Shown in pieces: positions 41,951 through 51,550 of a stretch of 64,000 nt of DNA (its first letter is position 1; every line of letters starts with the position of its first letter). The stretch lies in contig JAJCZB010000041.1 of assembly GCA_029262595.1 (NCBI GenBank), forward strand, positions 22,123 through 86,122. Reading direction: 5' to 3'. The notes beneath the pieces are model-generated. The model did not search any database and was not told the origin of the DNA. It saw only the letters and a program-made list of their open reading frames with translations. Made by a program: the position numbers and the translations under genes. This stretch comes from Candidatus Babelota bacterium. Its GTDB lineage: Bacteria > Babelota > Babeliae > Babelales > Vermiphilaceae.

Positions 41951-43186
41951 TTAAAAGAAATCAACCATCCACGCTTTCATGCGATTAAATACTTTTTTAA
42001 TCAATGGCCCATGTAAATCACTCGTCTCATTTGCCTTCAGTTTTTTTATAGTATGCAAAAGAAGACCGTAACCGGTAGCATAAATAGGACTTTGTAAAGA
42101 ATCCGGTATAGAAAAGGGAACTTTGGGATGCCCAATACGAACCGGCATATCAAATAACTTCTCAGCTAGTGGCTGTATCCCTTTCAATAATGACCCTCCA
42201 CCGGTCAAAACAATTCCAGTCGTAATAAAATGCTCTAAGTGCCGCTTAATAATCTCATCATGCACGATTGAAAGAAGCTCTTGAGCACGCGGCTCAATAA
42301 TTCGAATCAAATCAGAGGAATGCACCACTTGTTTTTGCTCGCCATGCACCATTTCAACTTCTATGAACTCATCTTGCATGGCTTCCTCTGAGCCTGCTGT
42401 GCCATGCTCCTTCTTAACGCGTTCCGCGTCCTTGAGAGTGGTACACAGACCAACGGCAATATCATTCGTAAAATGATTTCCTGCAACTGGAAGCACTTTT
42501 GTATGACGAATACTGCCGTATTGATATACCGCAAAGTCAGACGTACCTCCCCCAATATCTAATACAGCAACCCCCAGCTTCTGCTCGTCTTCACTTAATA
42601 CACATAACGCCGATGCTAACTGCTCAAGAACAATATCCTGCACCGTTACTCCAGCGGACTCGCAACATTTGACTAAATTCTGCACTGAAGCAATCGCCCC
42701 CAAAATAATATGAGCTTGTACTTCTAACCGAATCCCATGCATTCCCAGCGGATCAATAACTTTATCTCGACCATCAATAACATAATATTGCGGCAATATA
42801 TGCAGCACTTGTTGGCCATCCGGAATAGGTATCGCTCGAGCTGCTGCCAATACCGCAGCGATATCGCCTTCTCGAATATCGCCTCGCTTAATAGGAACCA
42901 CTCCTTGTGAATTAAGAGAGCTAATATGCGAGCCAGAAATCCCCACTGTTACTGATTCTATTGGCATTCCTGCCATAAGCTCCGCTTCTTTGAGCGCTGC
43001 TCGAATTGAATATATTGTTTTAGCTACATCAACAACAACGCCTTTGCTCAAGCCATCAGATGGGGCTTTACCACAACCTATAATTTCAATCTCTTGGCCA
43101 TCGAGTTGCTTTGCAACCAAAACGCATATTTTGGTTGTCCCTACATCAATCGTAGCAACAATACGATCATTAAATCCTTTTGCCAT
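41951..43186 (-). CDS. ftsA: Cell division protein FtsA
   Basis: Actin-fold motifs IDVGTTKI, LDIGGGTSD and VLTGGGS. It lies immediately upstream of ftsZ. Confidence 0.9.
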   Translation of the reverse strand: MAKGFNDRIVATIDVGTTKICVLVAKQLDGQEIEIIGCGKAPSDGLSKGVVVDVAKTIYSIRAALKEAELMAGMPIESVTVGISGSHISSLNSQGVVPIKRGDIREGDIAAVLAAARAIPIPDGQQVLHILPQYYVIDGRDKVIDPLGMHGIRLEVQAHIILGAIASVQNLVKCCESAGVTVQDIVLEQLASALCVLSEDEQKLGVAVLDIGGGTSDFAVYQYGSIRHTKVLPVAGNHFTNDIAVGLCTTLKDAERVKKEHGTAGSEEAMQDEFIEVEMVHGEQKQVVHSSDLIRIIEPRAQELLSIVHDEIIKRHLEHFITTGIVLTGGGSLLKGIQPLAEKLFDMPVRIGHPKVPFSIPDSLQSPIYATGYGLLLHTIKKLKANETSDLHGPLIKKVFNRMKAWMVDFF

Positions 43187-43910
43187 AACGCCCCCCTTTG
43201 TAGCGTGATAACACTATTTGATGATCAAACCTTATATCGGCAGTCCATGCGGTTTTGGTCATCCCCTTTTTTTTCACCTCTTGTTTTACTTGATCATATA
43301 ATGCGCAAAGCGTCCCCGTCGGAAGGCTCGATGCATTACAGCAAATGGTAAATAACGGATCTGTTTTGTCTTGCAAATACCATTTTTGCTCATCACATAA
43401 ACTCACCATAAATCGATCAAAGATCTGTTCTTTAATGCTTTGCTCTATCGCAGCCATCATTTCAGGAGAAACTGATGTGTTTATTTTTGAAGAAACGCGC
43501 ATTTCAGGAAGTCTATCCAACGCATATTGCGCGTAATAATTAGAAGGAATAATGGTTTGATTCTCTGTTAAAACGTGAGAACTATTTATACGAACCACTG
43601 GATCCGGTGCAACAATTACTACTTCTGCCATATTATAAGGCAGAGATCGAACATCAATTTGTTTAATATCAGGAAAAATACGTAATAATTCCTGCATTAC
43701 GACCGCAACTTGATATTTTGCATCACATTCTAATCGAGATACCTGCTGTTCAATAGCAGAACGCATTGTAATGGAGAGTTGTGGATCAAACGAATAGGAG
43801 ATATATCGAATAGCGCAAATCTTAGAGCACACTCTTTCAAGCGTCGCAGCTAAACCAAAAATACAAAGAGCAATTGCAAAAAAATACGCAACAGAAACTC
43901 TATTTTTCAT
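43170..43910 (-). CDS. ftsQ: FtsQ/DivIB-like cell division protein
   Basis: N-terminal TM helix and a POTRA-like region. It overlaps the ftsA start by 17 nt in the canonical ftsQAZ order. Sequence motifs are weak. Confidence 0.55.
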   Translation of the reverse strand: MKNRVSVAYFFAIALCIFGLAATLERVCSKICAIRYISYSFDPQLSITMRSAIEQQVSRLECDAKYQVAVVMQELLRIFPDIKQIDVRSLPYNMAEVVIVAPDPVVRINSSHVLTENQTIIPSNYYAQYALDRLPEMRVSSKINTSVSPEMMAAIEQSIKEQIFDRFMVSLCDEQKWYLQDKTDPLFTICCNASSLPTGTLCALYDQVKQEVKKKGMTKTAWTADIRFDHQIVLSRYKGGRYGKRI

Positions 43911-44027
43911 CCCCTTTCCCCACTCGTATGAAATAGACCCTAGTAATCGTATAACGATTTTAAGATGAGAGAGTCAATGCTTTGGGAAAATACGCCTTTT
44001 TTTTGCTTCAGAGGAATTTTTTCCAAT

Positions 44028-44423
44028 CTAATCCGGCTTAAATCCCTTAATACCGGTTATTTCTTTTGGTTGCTGATGGATAGTAAAATGAGCAGCTCCT
44101 AAGTTACGGCGAAGCCTTCTTTCTGTATTAACATCTAGATCGCTTCGTTGGAGTACAAACTTTAAGGAGCCATACCGATCACGAGCAAGCACACTTTGCT
44201 CCAAAGCTTTGAGCAATGCTACCGAAGGCACTTTTCCCAACTTAAAACGCAGCGTATGGGTAGCTCTTTGGCGATCCGGTTTTAAAGAATGAACCAAGCA
44301 CTCAAAATAACTTTGAGCTTCTCGTTGCGCCCAAAGACCTTCTACTTCTGCCTGAATTGGATCGCCTTGAGATGCTCCCGCACCAGCCCCAGACGCACCT
44401 TTCTTTTTAGTATTAGATGCCAC
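44028..44423 (-). CDS. Hypothetical protein
   Basis: 131-aa ORF with a Gly/Ala-rich N-terminus, starting 4 nt after the stop of the upstream gene. No motif. Confidence 0.4.
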   Translation of the reverse strand: MASNTKKKGASGAGAGASQGDPIQAEVEGLWAQREAQSYFECLVHSLKPDRQRATHTLRFKLGKVPSVALLKALEQSVLARDRYGSLKFVLQRSDLDVNTERRLRRNLGAAHFTIHQQPKEITGIKGFKPD

Positions 44424-44426
44424 GGG

Positions 44427-44732
44427 CTAGATCCGCCAAGTATCTAATTCTTGATCTCCCTCGCGCATTAATTGCACGGCTTGGCTTAAGGGAAGTCCCG
44501 CTTGAGGTTCTATCAATGCAACCGGATGACCTTTTCTCGTGTTACCTTTTCTCGAAGATATCTGATCAAATGTTTCTTCTACTTTCGAATCAAAAAAATC
44601 ACCTGCCAACGCTTCTTGGGATGCTTTAGGAGCGCGAAGATGCTTAGAGCTTACTAACCACTCTAACGGCTCTTCCATACCTAAAAGAATACTCATCTGA
44701 AACAGACACAGTACTACTAATCGTCGCTTCAA
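44427..44732 (-). CDS. Hypothetical secreted protein
   Basis: The TTG at 44732 lies 5 nt after a perfect AGGAGG and gives MKRRLVVLCLFQMSILLG... (signal-peptide-like). The longest ORF start at 44768 would overlap rlmB. Confidence 0.45.
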   Translation of the reverse strand: MKRRLVVLCLFQMSILLGMEEPLEWLVSSKHLRAPKASQEALAGDFFDSKVEETFDQISSRKGNTRKGHPVALIEPQAGLPLSQAVQLMREGDQELDTWRI

Positions 44733-44742
44733 AACAACCTCC

Positions 44743-45480
44743 TTAGATAAGTTGATGCTTTGTTCCAATCATAAAAAGAAGAATCCCTGCAGCTACAGAT
44801 GCATTGTACGAAACATCAGCTGTTTTTTGAGGCAATGTAATAGGAGTGCCAAATTTAGAAAGTGATTTGGATATACCTATAGCCTCGTTGCCAATTACAA
44901 TACAAAGAGGAGTTTCGTAGGATTGTTTGGTCGCATCTTTACCGTTAAGCATGGCAAGATAAATACCATATTTAAGCTGAGAAAGCATCTGCAAGCCTTC
45001 CTGTGCAGAAGATACTTGTTGAATCTCAAGATGTTCAGCAAGGCCTGCAGAAGATTTAATAGCAACCGCATTGAGCGGAGCGGAATTTCTTGTCGTCATA
45101 ATAACGCCACTTGCACCTGTACAATAAGCTGAACGTAAAATAGCGCCTAGATTACGAGGATCTTTTATCGAATCAAGCATTATTACAAAAGGCTGCTTTT
45201 CTGGCTCAAATGCTTTTTTACGAAATGGAAAGAGCTGTACCCATGCGACAACACCTTGATGGTCCGTAGTGCCAGCCATATTTGCAAGCACGTCACGAGA
45301 AACGTATTGAATCGGAATCGGGTATTTAGGCATTTCTTTCTCAATCTCACGCCACTGCTTTGGTACCGGCTTAGTCGTATAGATTGATATTATTTTTCGG
45401 CGTTTTGCCTTCAGAACTTCAACTACAGGATGAATCCCATATATCAGTTCGCCCTTAACGTCTTTCTTCTTTCTAACCAT
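44743..45480 (-). CDS. rlmB: SpoU/TrmH-family 23S rRNA 2'-O-ribose methyltransferase (RlmB-like)
   Basis: N-terminal substrate-binding domain (IYGIHPVVEVLKA), then SPOUT motifs DPRNLGAILRSA, VIGNEAIGIS and LNASVAAGILLF. Confidence 0.8.
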   Translation of the reverse strand: MVRKKKDVKGELIYGIHPVVEVLKAKRRKIISIYTTKPVPKQWREIEKEMPKYPIPIQYVSRDVLANMAGTTDHQGVVAWVQLFPFRKKAFEPEKQPFVIMLDSIKDPRNLGAILRSAYCTGASGVIMTTRNSAPLNAVAIKSSAGLAEHLEIQQVSSAQEGLQMLSQLKYGIYLAMLNGKDATKQSYETPLCIVIGNEAIGISKSLSKFGTPITLPQKTADVSYNASVAAGILLFMIGTKHQLI

Positions 45481-45530
45481 TGAAAAGCCTTTCTGTATAG
45501 GCCTTATGATAGCATGTTTTTTAATTATTA

Positions 45531-45824
45531 CTATTCAAGTTCTTTTTCATGATGATTTAAAACTTCCTGATCATAGTCATGCAAAATTAAATCCACAACA
45601 CCCACTTGAATGCCTCCAGAAGAAATTTGATCCCTCAAGCCAGGATGCTGATGCAATAATGCTAGTGCTTGGCCAGAATCACCACGATTTGCTAAAGCAC
45701 AAAAGTCTTGTACTAAATTAGGATCGCTCAAAAAGATATCCGACTTAAATGGATCACGTTCGTTGCAATAAGCTATATTGCAAAAAAATACCAACACAAA
45801 ACCAGACAAATACTTATAAGACAT
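45531..45824 (-). CDS. Small secreted hypothetical protein
   Basis: 97-aa ORF with signal peptide MSYKYLSGFVLVFFCNIAYC. Confidence 0.4.
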   Translation of the reverse strand: MSYKYLSGFVLVFFCNIAYCNERDPFKSDIFLSDPNLVQDFCALANRGDSGQALALLHQHPGLRDQISSGGIQVGVVDLILHDYDQEVLNHHEKELE

Positions 45825-45899
45825 GTAACCTCCAATGAATGTGATATATACTAGCTATTCTATTACTCTCTCATTTCTTAGCAAAAGGCGTGCAGATTA

Positions 45900-47087
45900 A
45901 TGAATAGATGGCGAACATGGATTGAAATCAACCAAGATCACTTTGACCACAATATATCCCAGTATAAAAGAATTATCGGACTACGCAACCTTTCAATAGT
46001 CGTAAAAGCCAATGCATACGGGCATGGCCTTGCGAACATTGCTCAACTTGCTCAAAATAACTCAACCGTGCATTCATTCTGCGTGGCCACAATCAGAGAG
46101 GCACTTGAAATAAGAAAAATTGGCGCTACAAAACCAATACTTATCTTAAGCGTATTGGATAGCGATCCCACCGATATTTTAAATAAAAACATTGCTGTTG
46201 TAGTCTATGACCTCGATCAAGCACAATATTTACAATCAATTGCTAAACGCCACAACGCAATCTTGCCAGTACACATTAAAATAGACACTGGGCTCTCTCG
46301 ACTTGGCATTGAGCCTGAAATCACGCTCTCTTTCATTCATATAATTCAAAAAATGCCCAATCTTGAAATCGAGGGTATCTATTCTCATTGCGCTGAATCG
46401 CACAAAAAGGACAATGCATTTACACTCAAACAGCGCGATCTATTTCACTCAGCAGTGAAGCATCTAAAGGCAAAAAATATATCAATTCCCCTTATCCACT
46501 TTGCAAACAGCGCCGCAACGACTAGCCTTGATCTATCATTTTGCAATTTTTTTCGCATCGGAATTGGCGCATATGGCCTGTGGCCCGGACCTGAAAATAA
46601 AAAAATTACACAACAAAAATATCCGTGGTTCAATTTAAAACCAATTCTAACCTGGAAAACTTCCATTCGAGCACTCAGGAATATCTCCAAAGGAAGTTTT
46701 ATTGGGTACGATCGCACACATCGCGCAACGCAAGACATGCGCATCGCAATTCTTCCCATTGGATATTACGATGGATATGATTTTCGGCTTTTTAATAAAG
46801 GATCAGTGTTAATTAATGGCGTACATGCTCCAATTATTGGACGCATATCCATGAACCTGTGCTCAATTGATATTTCTCACATCCCCAGTGCACAGATTAA
46901 CGACAAAGTCATACTTATGGGGCCATACCCGCAACTTTCGCCCGCTGAGCTGGGAAAAGTAGCCGGTAACTCTAATGTGCGAGAAATGACAACTAAAATC
47001 AATACAGAAATTCCCCGACTAATTAAGACAGAGAAAAAATCTGAACACCAAAAAGAACTATTCTTCACGCTCGAAAATAGATGCTAA
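45900..47087 (+). CDS. alr: Alanine racemase
   Basis: PLP-lysine motif VVKANAYGHG. The C-terminal beta domain carries GYDR and GRISMN. Confidence 0.9.
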   Translation: MNRWRTWIEINQDHFDHNISQYKRIIGLRNLSIVVKANAYGHGLANIAQLAQNNSTVHSFCVATIREALEIRKIGATKPILILSVLDSDPTDILNKNIAVVVYDLDQAQYLQSIAKRHNAILPVHIKIDTGLSRLGIEPEITLSFIHIIQKMPNLEIEGIYSHCAESHKKDNAFTLKQRDLFHSAVKHLKAKNISIPLIHFANSAATTSLDLSFCNFFRIGIGAYGLWPGPENKKITQQKYPWFNLKPILTWKTSIRALRNISKGSFIGYDRTHRATQDMRIAILPIGYYDGYDFRLFNKGSVLINGVHAPIIGRISMNLCSIDISHIPSAQINDKVILMGPYPQLSPAELGKVAGNSNVREMTTKINTEIPRLIKTEKKSEHQKELFFTLENRC

Positions 47088-47090
47088 TTT

Positions 47091-47357
47091 TTAAATATAC
47101 GAAGGCATTTCTTCCTGCTTTTTAAGCCCTGACCATATTTGCATGTCAGCAAAGGTCGGAATAACCTTATATTCTGTACTCAACAGTTCAATTGCATCTG
47201 CCGCTTTCTCTGGGCGCTTCCCCGGCGCAAGCAATTGCGTTAATAAAATTCCAATCAAAGACAGTCCCGCTTCGTTAGTTACATCTGCAAGAGACACCTC
47301 GGTAATACCAGTTAAATATTCTCTTAATACGCGAGTATCCATATATTTTGAAAGCAC
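47091..47357 (-). CDS. Hypothetical protein
   Basis: 88-aa ORF on the same strand as the following gene. No motif. Confidence 0.35.
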   Translation of the reverse strand: MLSKYMDTRVLREYLTGITEVSLADVTNEAGLSLIGILLTQLLAPGKRPEKAADAIELLSTEYKVIPTFADMQIWSGLKKQEEMPSYI

Positions 47358-47389
47358 GCCCTCAACGATATCGCTATAGTCCTCTTCAA

Positions 47390-47938
47390 CTATGAATCCT
47401 GAGTCGTCGGGAGCTTTTTCAAACTGTTTTTACCAAGCCATACCCCTCCGGCTACGCCAGCAACTACTATCGCTGATTCAATAGCACGAATAAGCCATTT
47501 TGCCATATCCGAGCAAGCTCCAAATTTTTTGCATGCCATTACTTCTGGTGATTTTAAAAATTCTTTAATTGAGCTGATTGCACTTGGGGCAACTTCTACC
47601 GGCGGTTCTGCTTTGAGCTCTTCCAACGATGCAACTTCTGGCTCAAGCTGCGATGAAACTGTAGGCTGTTGCGGCCGCGCAATCCTACCAATTGCATATC
47701 CCGCACCGAGTAACCCCAAATTCCGAGCAATTAAAAGCAATCTTTTTTCTAACCGAACACACCCCTGGCCAGTCGTTAAACATGCCCTAGTTCGCGCACT
47801 TTTTAAATACTTTTCAGCTCCTATAGCAACTCCCGAAGGCAATTCTTGACCGAGTCTTCGCATGGCAGATGCTGATTGAATCCCAAAACACATAAAAAAC
47901 GTTAAAATAACGGCGCAAAAGCCTAAAAAATTCTTCAT
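47390..47938 (-). CDS. Secreted/membrane hypothetical protein
   Basis: The ATG at 47938 follows GAGGTG and gives MKNFLGFCAVILTFFMCFGIQSASA. A hydrophobic C-terminal helix is present. Confidence 0.4.
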   Translation of the reverse strand: MKNFLGFCAVILTFFMCFGIQSASAMRRLGQELPSGVAIGAEKYLKSARTRACLTTGQGCVRLEKRLLLIARNLGLLGAGYAIGRIARPQQPTVSSQLEPEVASLEELKAEPPVEVAPSAISSIKEFLKSPEVMACKKFGACSDMAKWLIRAIESAIVVAGVAGGVWLGKNSLKKLPTTQDS

Positions 47939-48113
47939 GCCACCTCTCTTTTTCACAACTACTCTTTTCATATTTGAAAATACCAAATTAAGCCCGGAGA
48001 AATCAATAGTTTACTCAGTATATATCCGCAAAAAGAAGGCTAGCCGTCAGGCAAAAATCGGGTATACTATACTCTTTCCTATACTTATTTAATGCACTAA
48101 AAGGAGCCTTTGC

Positions 48114-48830
48114 ATGTATCTTCTTGAAGGGAATATTGGCGCGGGAAAATCAACCTTCTTACGCCTTTTGGCTCACCATATGCCCAATATTAAAGCAATT
48201 GATGAGCCAGTGAATAATTGGCAAAATACCGTGTATGGCCAATCCCTGCTAACCAATTTTTATGAAGATCCAAAAAGATGGGCCTATACGTTTGAATTGC
48301 TTACCATGACATGCCGCGTTGAAGAGCATCTTAAGGAGCAAGAGCACGACAACATGACCACTAAAGTAGCCGAACGATCCATCTACTCAGGCTACTATTG
48401 CTTTGCTCATAATAGCTATGCTCAACAATTCTTATCTGATATTGAATGGCAAATGTATCAAGAATGGTTTTCTTTTTTGATTCCCAATAAATGCAAGCCT
48501 CCACAAGGATTTATTTATTTGCGCGTTTCTCCAGAAGTAGCCTATGAGCGTATTAAAAAAAGAAATCGTCACGCGGAAAAAACATTATCATTCGCTTACC
48601 TAAAGCAAATTCACCGTCGCCACGAATCTTTTTTAACAAAAAAAGAGGGAATTCTTCCGAACCTCAAGCGCGTTCCTGTCTTAACACTTGATTGCAATGA
48701 AGAGTTTGAAAATAATCCAGCGCAGTTACATCGGCACATGCATGCTATTGAATCATTCTTCGTGCAAACTGGTTCTCACGTACCGCCGTACACACAAAAA
48801 CATATACACCCTCAATCTTTAGCGTTATAA
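48114..48830 (+). CDS. Deoxynucleoside kinase (dAK/dGK/dCK family)
   Basis: P-loop EGNIGAGKSTF, the ERS motif (AERSIYS), and an Arg-rich lid RIKKRNRHAEK. Confidence 0.85.
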   Translation: MYLLEGNIGAGKSTFLRLLAHHMPNIKAIDEPVNNWQNTVYGQSLLTNFYEDPKRWAYTFELLTMTCRVEEHLKEQEHDNMTTKVAERSIYSGYYCFAHNSYAQQFLSDIEWQMYQEWFSFLIPNKCKPPQGFIYLRVSPEVAYERIKKRNRHAEKTLSFAYLKQIHRRHESFLTKKEGILPNLKRVPVLTLDCNEEFENNPAQLHRHMHAIESFFVQTGSHVPPYTQKHIHPQSLAL

Positions 48831-48948
48831 GCGCTAACGGGATTAACTGCATTAATTTCATAATCAATTGTAAGTGCTTTGCTCGCATCTCTCCTAGGAG
48901 TGCTACTAATTGCTACTGTCGCATTAGCTTTAATACCAAGCCTCATAA

Positions 48949-49068
48949 GGAAACATTTGGATTCCTTCCGGTCCAAATGGGCACGGATGCCAACATTGGG
49001 ATGTCCAAAAACTAAATGGTGATTATGAAAATATTGTTCCAGGTGGACGAATTAGAGGTCAAAAATGA
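48949..49068 (+). pseudogene. Orphan C-terminal fragment of the same toxin-like family as 1-155
   Basis: It reads GNIWIPSGPNGHGCQHWDVQKLNGDYENIVPGGRIRGQK*. An in-frame TAA at 48946-48948 and another at 48931-48933 lie upstream, and there is no start codon. Its stop overlaps the next ATG (ATGA). Confidence 0.45.
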
Positions 49069-49376
49069 AAAATGTAAAAAAAACTATTTTGCTTTGTAAA
49101 AGTGTCACTTTCTATTGCCTTAAAGACGAGGATGCTTTTTTTGAGTGGATAAAAAAAATAAACTGTATTAAAAAAATTTCGGCAGAAGGAGATGAATTAT
49201 ATCTCCATCTTAAAAGTGATTCTATTGATGATAATGATTTGGATGATTTAATTGGACTTTTTTATCGATACAAAATAAATATGAAGCAACTCAAGCAATT
49301 TTTAAATGATAAAAATAAAGAGTGGTTTTACAATAATAGAAAAGCTTTTTGGCACCAACCAGTTTTTGGTAAATAA
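49065..49376 (+). CDS. Small acidic protein, candidate immunity protein to the adjacent toxin fragment
   Basis: 103-aa ORF, ATGA-coupled to the toxin remnant. It is AT-rich and Asp-rich (SDSIDDNDLDDLIG). No known motif; the call rests on position only. Confidence 0.35.
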   Translation: MKNVKKTILLCKSVTFYCLKDEDAFFEWIKKINCIKKISAEGDELYLHLKSDSIDDNDLDDLIGLFYRYKINMKQLKQFLNDKNKEWFYNNRKAFWHQPVFGK

Positions 49377-49449
49377 TGGCAAATTAGCAGTAAATGCTTA
49401 AATAAAGTCGGATATTAAAAGCTTTTTTAAACTAAAGTAATTTCCTGAT

Positions 49450-50643
49450 TCAACTAAGACGATAAATGCGATGCTTGCCAACTTTAATATTCATTCCCAG
49501 TTTCCACGCAATTTCAGCTTTAAATTCAGAAACTGCCTCCCCGTCTATCAAGACGGACTTTGATTCAAGCAAGCGTTTTGCCTCTGAAGAGCTTTTAATG
49601 GCGCCAATGCGCTTTAAAAGTTCAACAATCCAAAGGGGATTTGGCGTGTCATCTGGTAGTTTAACTGCTTGCGCCTGAGAATAGTCTTTTTTCTGGAACA
49701 GAGCCTCAAATGTATCACGCGCCTGATCAGCTTCTTTGTCTGACCAAAACTTTGCAATTATTTGATGCGCCATTTCTTTTTTGAGTGCCATGGGGTGCAT
49801 AGTTCCATATGCAACTTTTTCCTGCAGTTCACTAAGTTCTGCCGGCGTCTTTGAAAGCAACAACTCAAAATAACGCCACATCAACTCATCGGATATAGAC
49901 ATTAGTTTGCCAAATGCTTCATTGGCTGGCTCGGCTAGTCCAATGGCATTCCCCAAAGATTTAGACATTTTTTGAACGCCATCAAGCCCTTCGAGTAATG
50001 GCATAGTTATTACTACTTGCGGCTCTTTGCCAAATTGCTCTTGCAAAAAACGGCCCATTAATAAATTGAACGTTTGATCCGTACCGCCGAGCTCAACATC
50101 AGCATCCAGCGCAACCGAATCATATCCTTGAAAAATGGGATACAATAATTCATGGAAACTGATCGGCTGTTGGTCTTTAAGACGCGTTTGAAAATCTTCT
50201 CGTTCAATAAGACGAGCAACGGTTACTTTGGAAGCAAGCTTAATAAGATCAGCCATTGAAAGCTTTGAAAGCCATTCAGAATTATAGCGGATAGTAACTT
50301 TTTTAGGATCAAGAATCTTTCCTACCTGCTCAAAGTAGGTTTTCATATTCTGCTCAATCTCTTCATCAGACAACGCAGGGCGCGTCTTTGATTTACCACT
50401 CGGATCGCCAATCTTACTAGTAAAGTCTCCTATCAAAAAAATAACCTCATGGCCGAGATCTTGAAAATCCTTCAACTTTGAAAGGACTACTGCATGCCCT
50501 AAATGAAGATCGGGCGCAGTAGGATCCATGCCCAATTTAATTTTCAGTTTTTTTTCTGAGGCTAATTTTTTTTCTAATTCTTCACGAGGCACAACTTGTA
50601 CTGCACCTGCACTCATTTTTTCTAACGCTTTCTCTAATTTCAT
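49450..50643 (-). CDS. tyrS: Tyrosine--tRNA ligase
   Basis: HIGH-type motif [13 protein letters not shown], and a C-terminal S4-like domain. Confidence 0.95.
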   Translation of the reverse strand: MKLEKALEKMSAGAVQVVPREELEKKLASEKKLKIKLGMDPTAPDLHLGHAVVLSKLKDFQDLGHEVIFLIGDFTSKIGDPSGKSKTRPALSDEEIEQNMKTYFEQVGKILDPKKVTIRYNSEWLSKLSMADLIKLASKVTVARLIEREDFQTRLKDQQPISFHELLYPIFQGYDSVALDADVELGGTDQTFNLLMGRFLQEQFGKEPQVVITMPLLEGLDGVQKMSKSLGNAIGLAEPANEAFGKLMSISDELMWRYFELLLSKTPAELSELQEKVAYGTMHPMALKKEMAHQIIAKFWSDKEADQARDTFEALFQKKDYSQAQAVKLPDDTPNPLWIVELLKRIGAIKSSSEAKRLLESKSVLIDGEAVSEFKAEIAWKLGMNIKVGKHRIYRLS

Positions 50644-50655
50644 ACTATTACCTAA

Positions 50656-51369
50656 TTAGGCCAAGCCAACAGCTCGACTGATTGCAAAACTAGCTGCCGC
50701 TATAAATTGAATAGCCCAAATACGCAGCGGTTCAGAAAAAAGAAAAATTAAAACCATCGGAAGTAAAATAACAAGATAAAAATTGGGCTCACGATATTCC
50801 GTTGATCTATCCATCACAATAAACATGCCGAGCTGAAAACTATTCATAATAAAAGTTAAAACTCCCAAAATTACATTTAAATACACAAATGCGATCACTA
50901 TAAATGAAAGCGTAAGCGTTAATGATGAAAATGTAGGGCAGTGAGTCACCAAGAAAAAATGAGACAAATTTCTACAACTCAGCATTTGCTGAGCAATAAA
51001 AAGCATGCGCGGACCAACAGTAATAATCAAACCAGTAATACCAATAAACGCTGAAAATAAATAAATAAATGTGTCTGAAAAATATGCAGCAGCCACTTTT
51101 ATTCGTCTATATGGATCTTGTATATTGAAATGATTGATAGGAACATACCTTCCCCATCCAAAGTAAAAAAGAAATAAAAATAGCAAACCTATCGTATCAA
51201 TATGTGCCAATGGATTAAGCGTCAAAAATCCAAGAGAGGCAGCAGTATCGTCTCCCATTTTATCCGCTACCCATGCCCGAAACGATCCGGCAAATGTAAC
51301 TGATACGATGTATGCTATAAAAAATGTTAACACTGTAATGATTAATTCTGTGGTGTGCATATTTAGCAT
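50656..51369 (-). CDS. Site-2-protease (M50)-like membrane protein lacking the HExxH motif
   Basis: VADKMGDDTAASLGFLTLNPLAHIDTIGLL....FGWGRYVPIN matches the small bacterial M50 family. The expected HEFAH is AGSFR here. The ATG at 51369 follows GAGG. Confidence 0.6.
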   Translation of the reverse strand: MLNMHTTELIITVLTFFIAYIVSVTFAGSFRAWVADKMGDDTAASLGFLTLNPLAHIDTIGLLFLFLFYFGWGRYVPINHFNIQDPYRRIKVAAAYFSDTFIYLFSAFIGITGLIITVGPRMLFIAQQMLSCRNLSHFFLVTHCPTFSSLTLTLSFIVIAFVYLNVILGVLTFIMNSFQLGMFIVMDRSTEYREPNFYLVILLPMVLIFLFSEPLRIWAIQFIAAASFAISRAVGLA

Positions 51370-51550
51370 AGAAGCCTCAATTAAGCTGAAAATATAATAA
51401 AGAAAGTCTACGTAAAATATCAAAAACGGTCAATTGAGACGAGTTTGTAGTTATGGCATGCTATGGGGCATAGCAACTATCTTTCACAAAAAATCAACCT
51501 TTGCTAGAATGGTGCAACTTAAAAAAGAGATAGATCTACAAAGGAGCATA

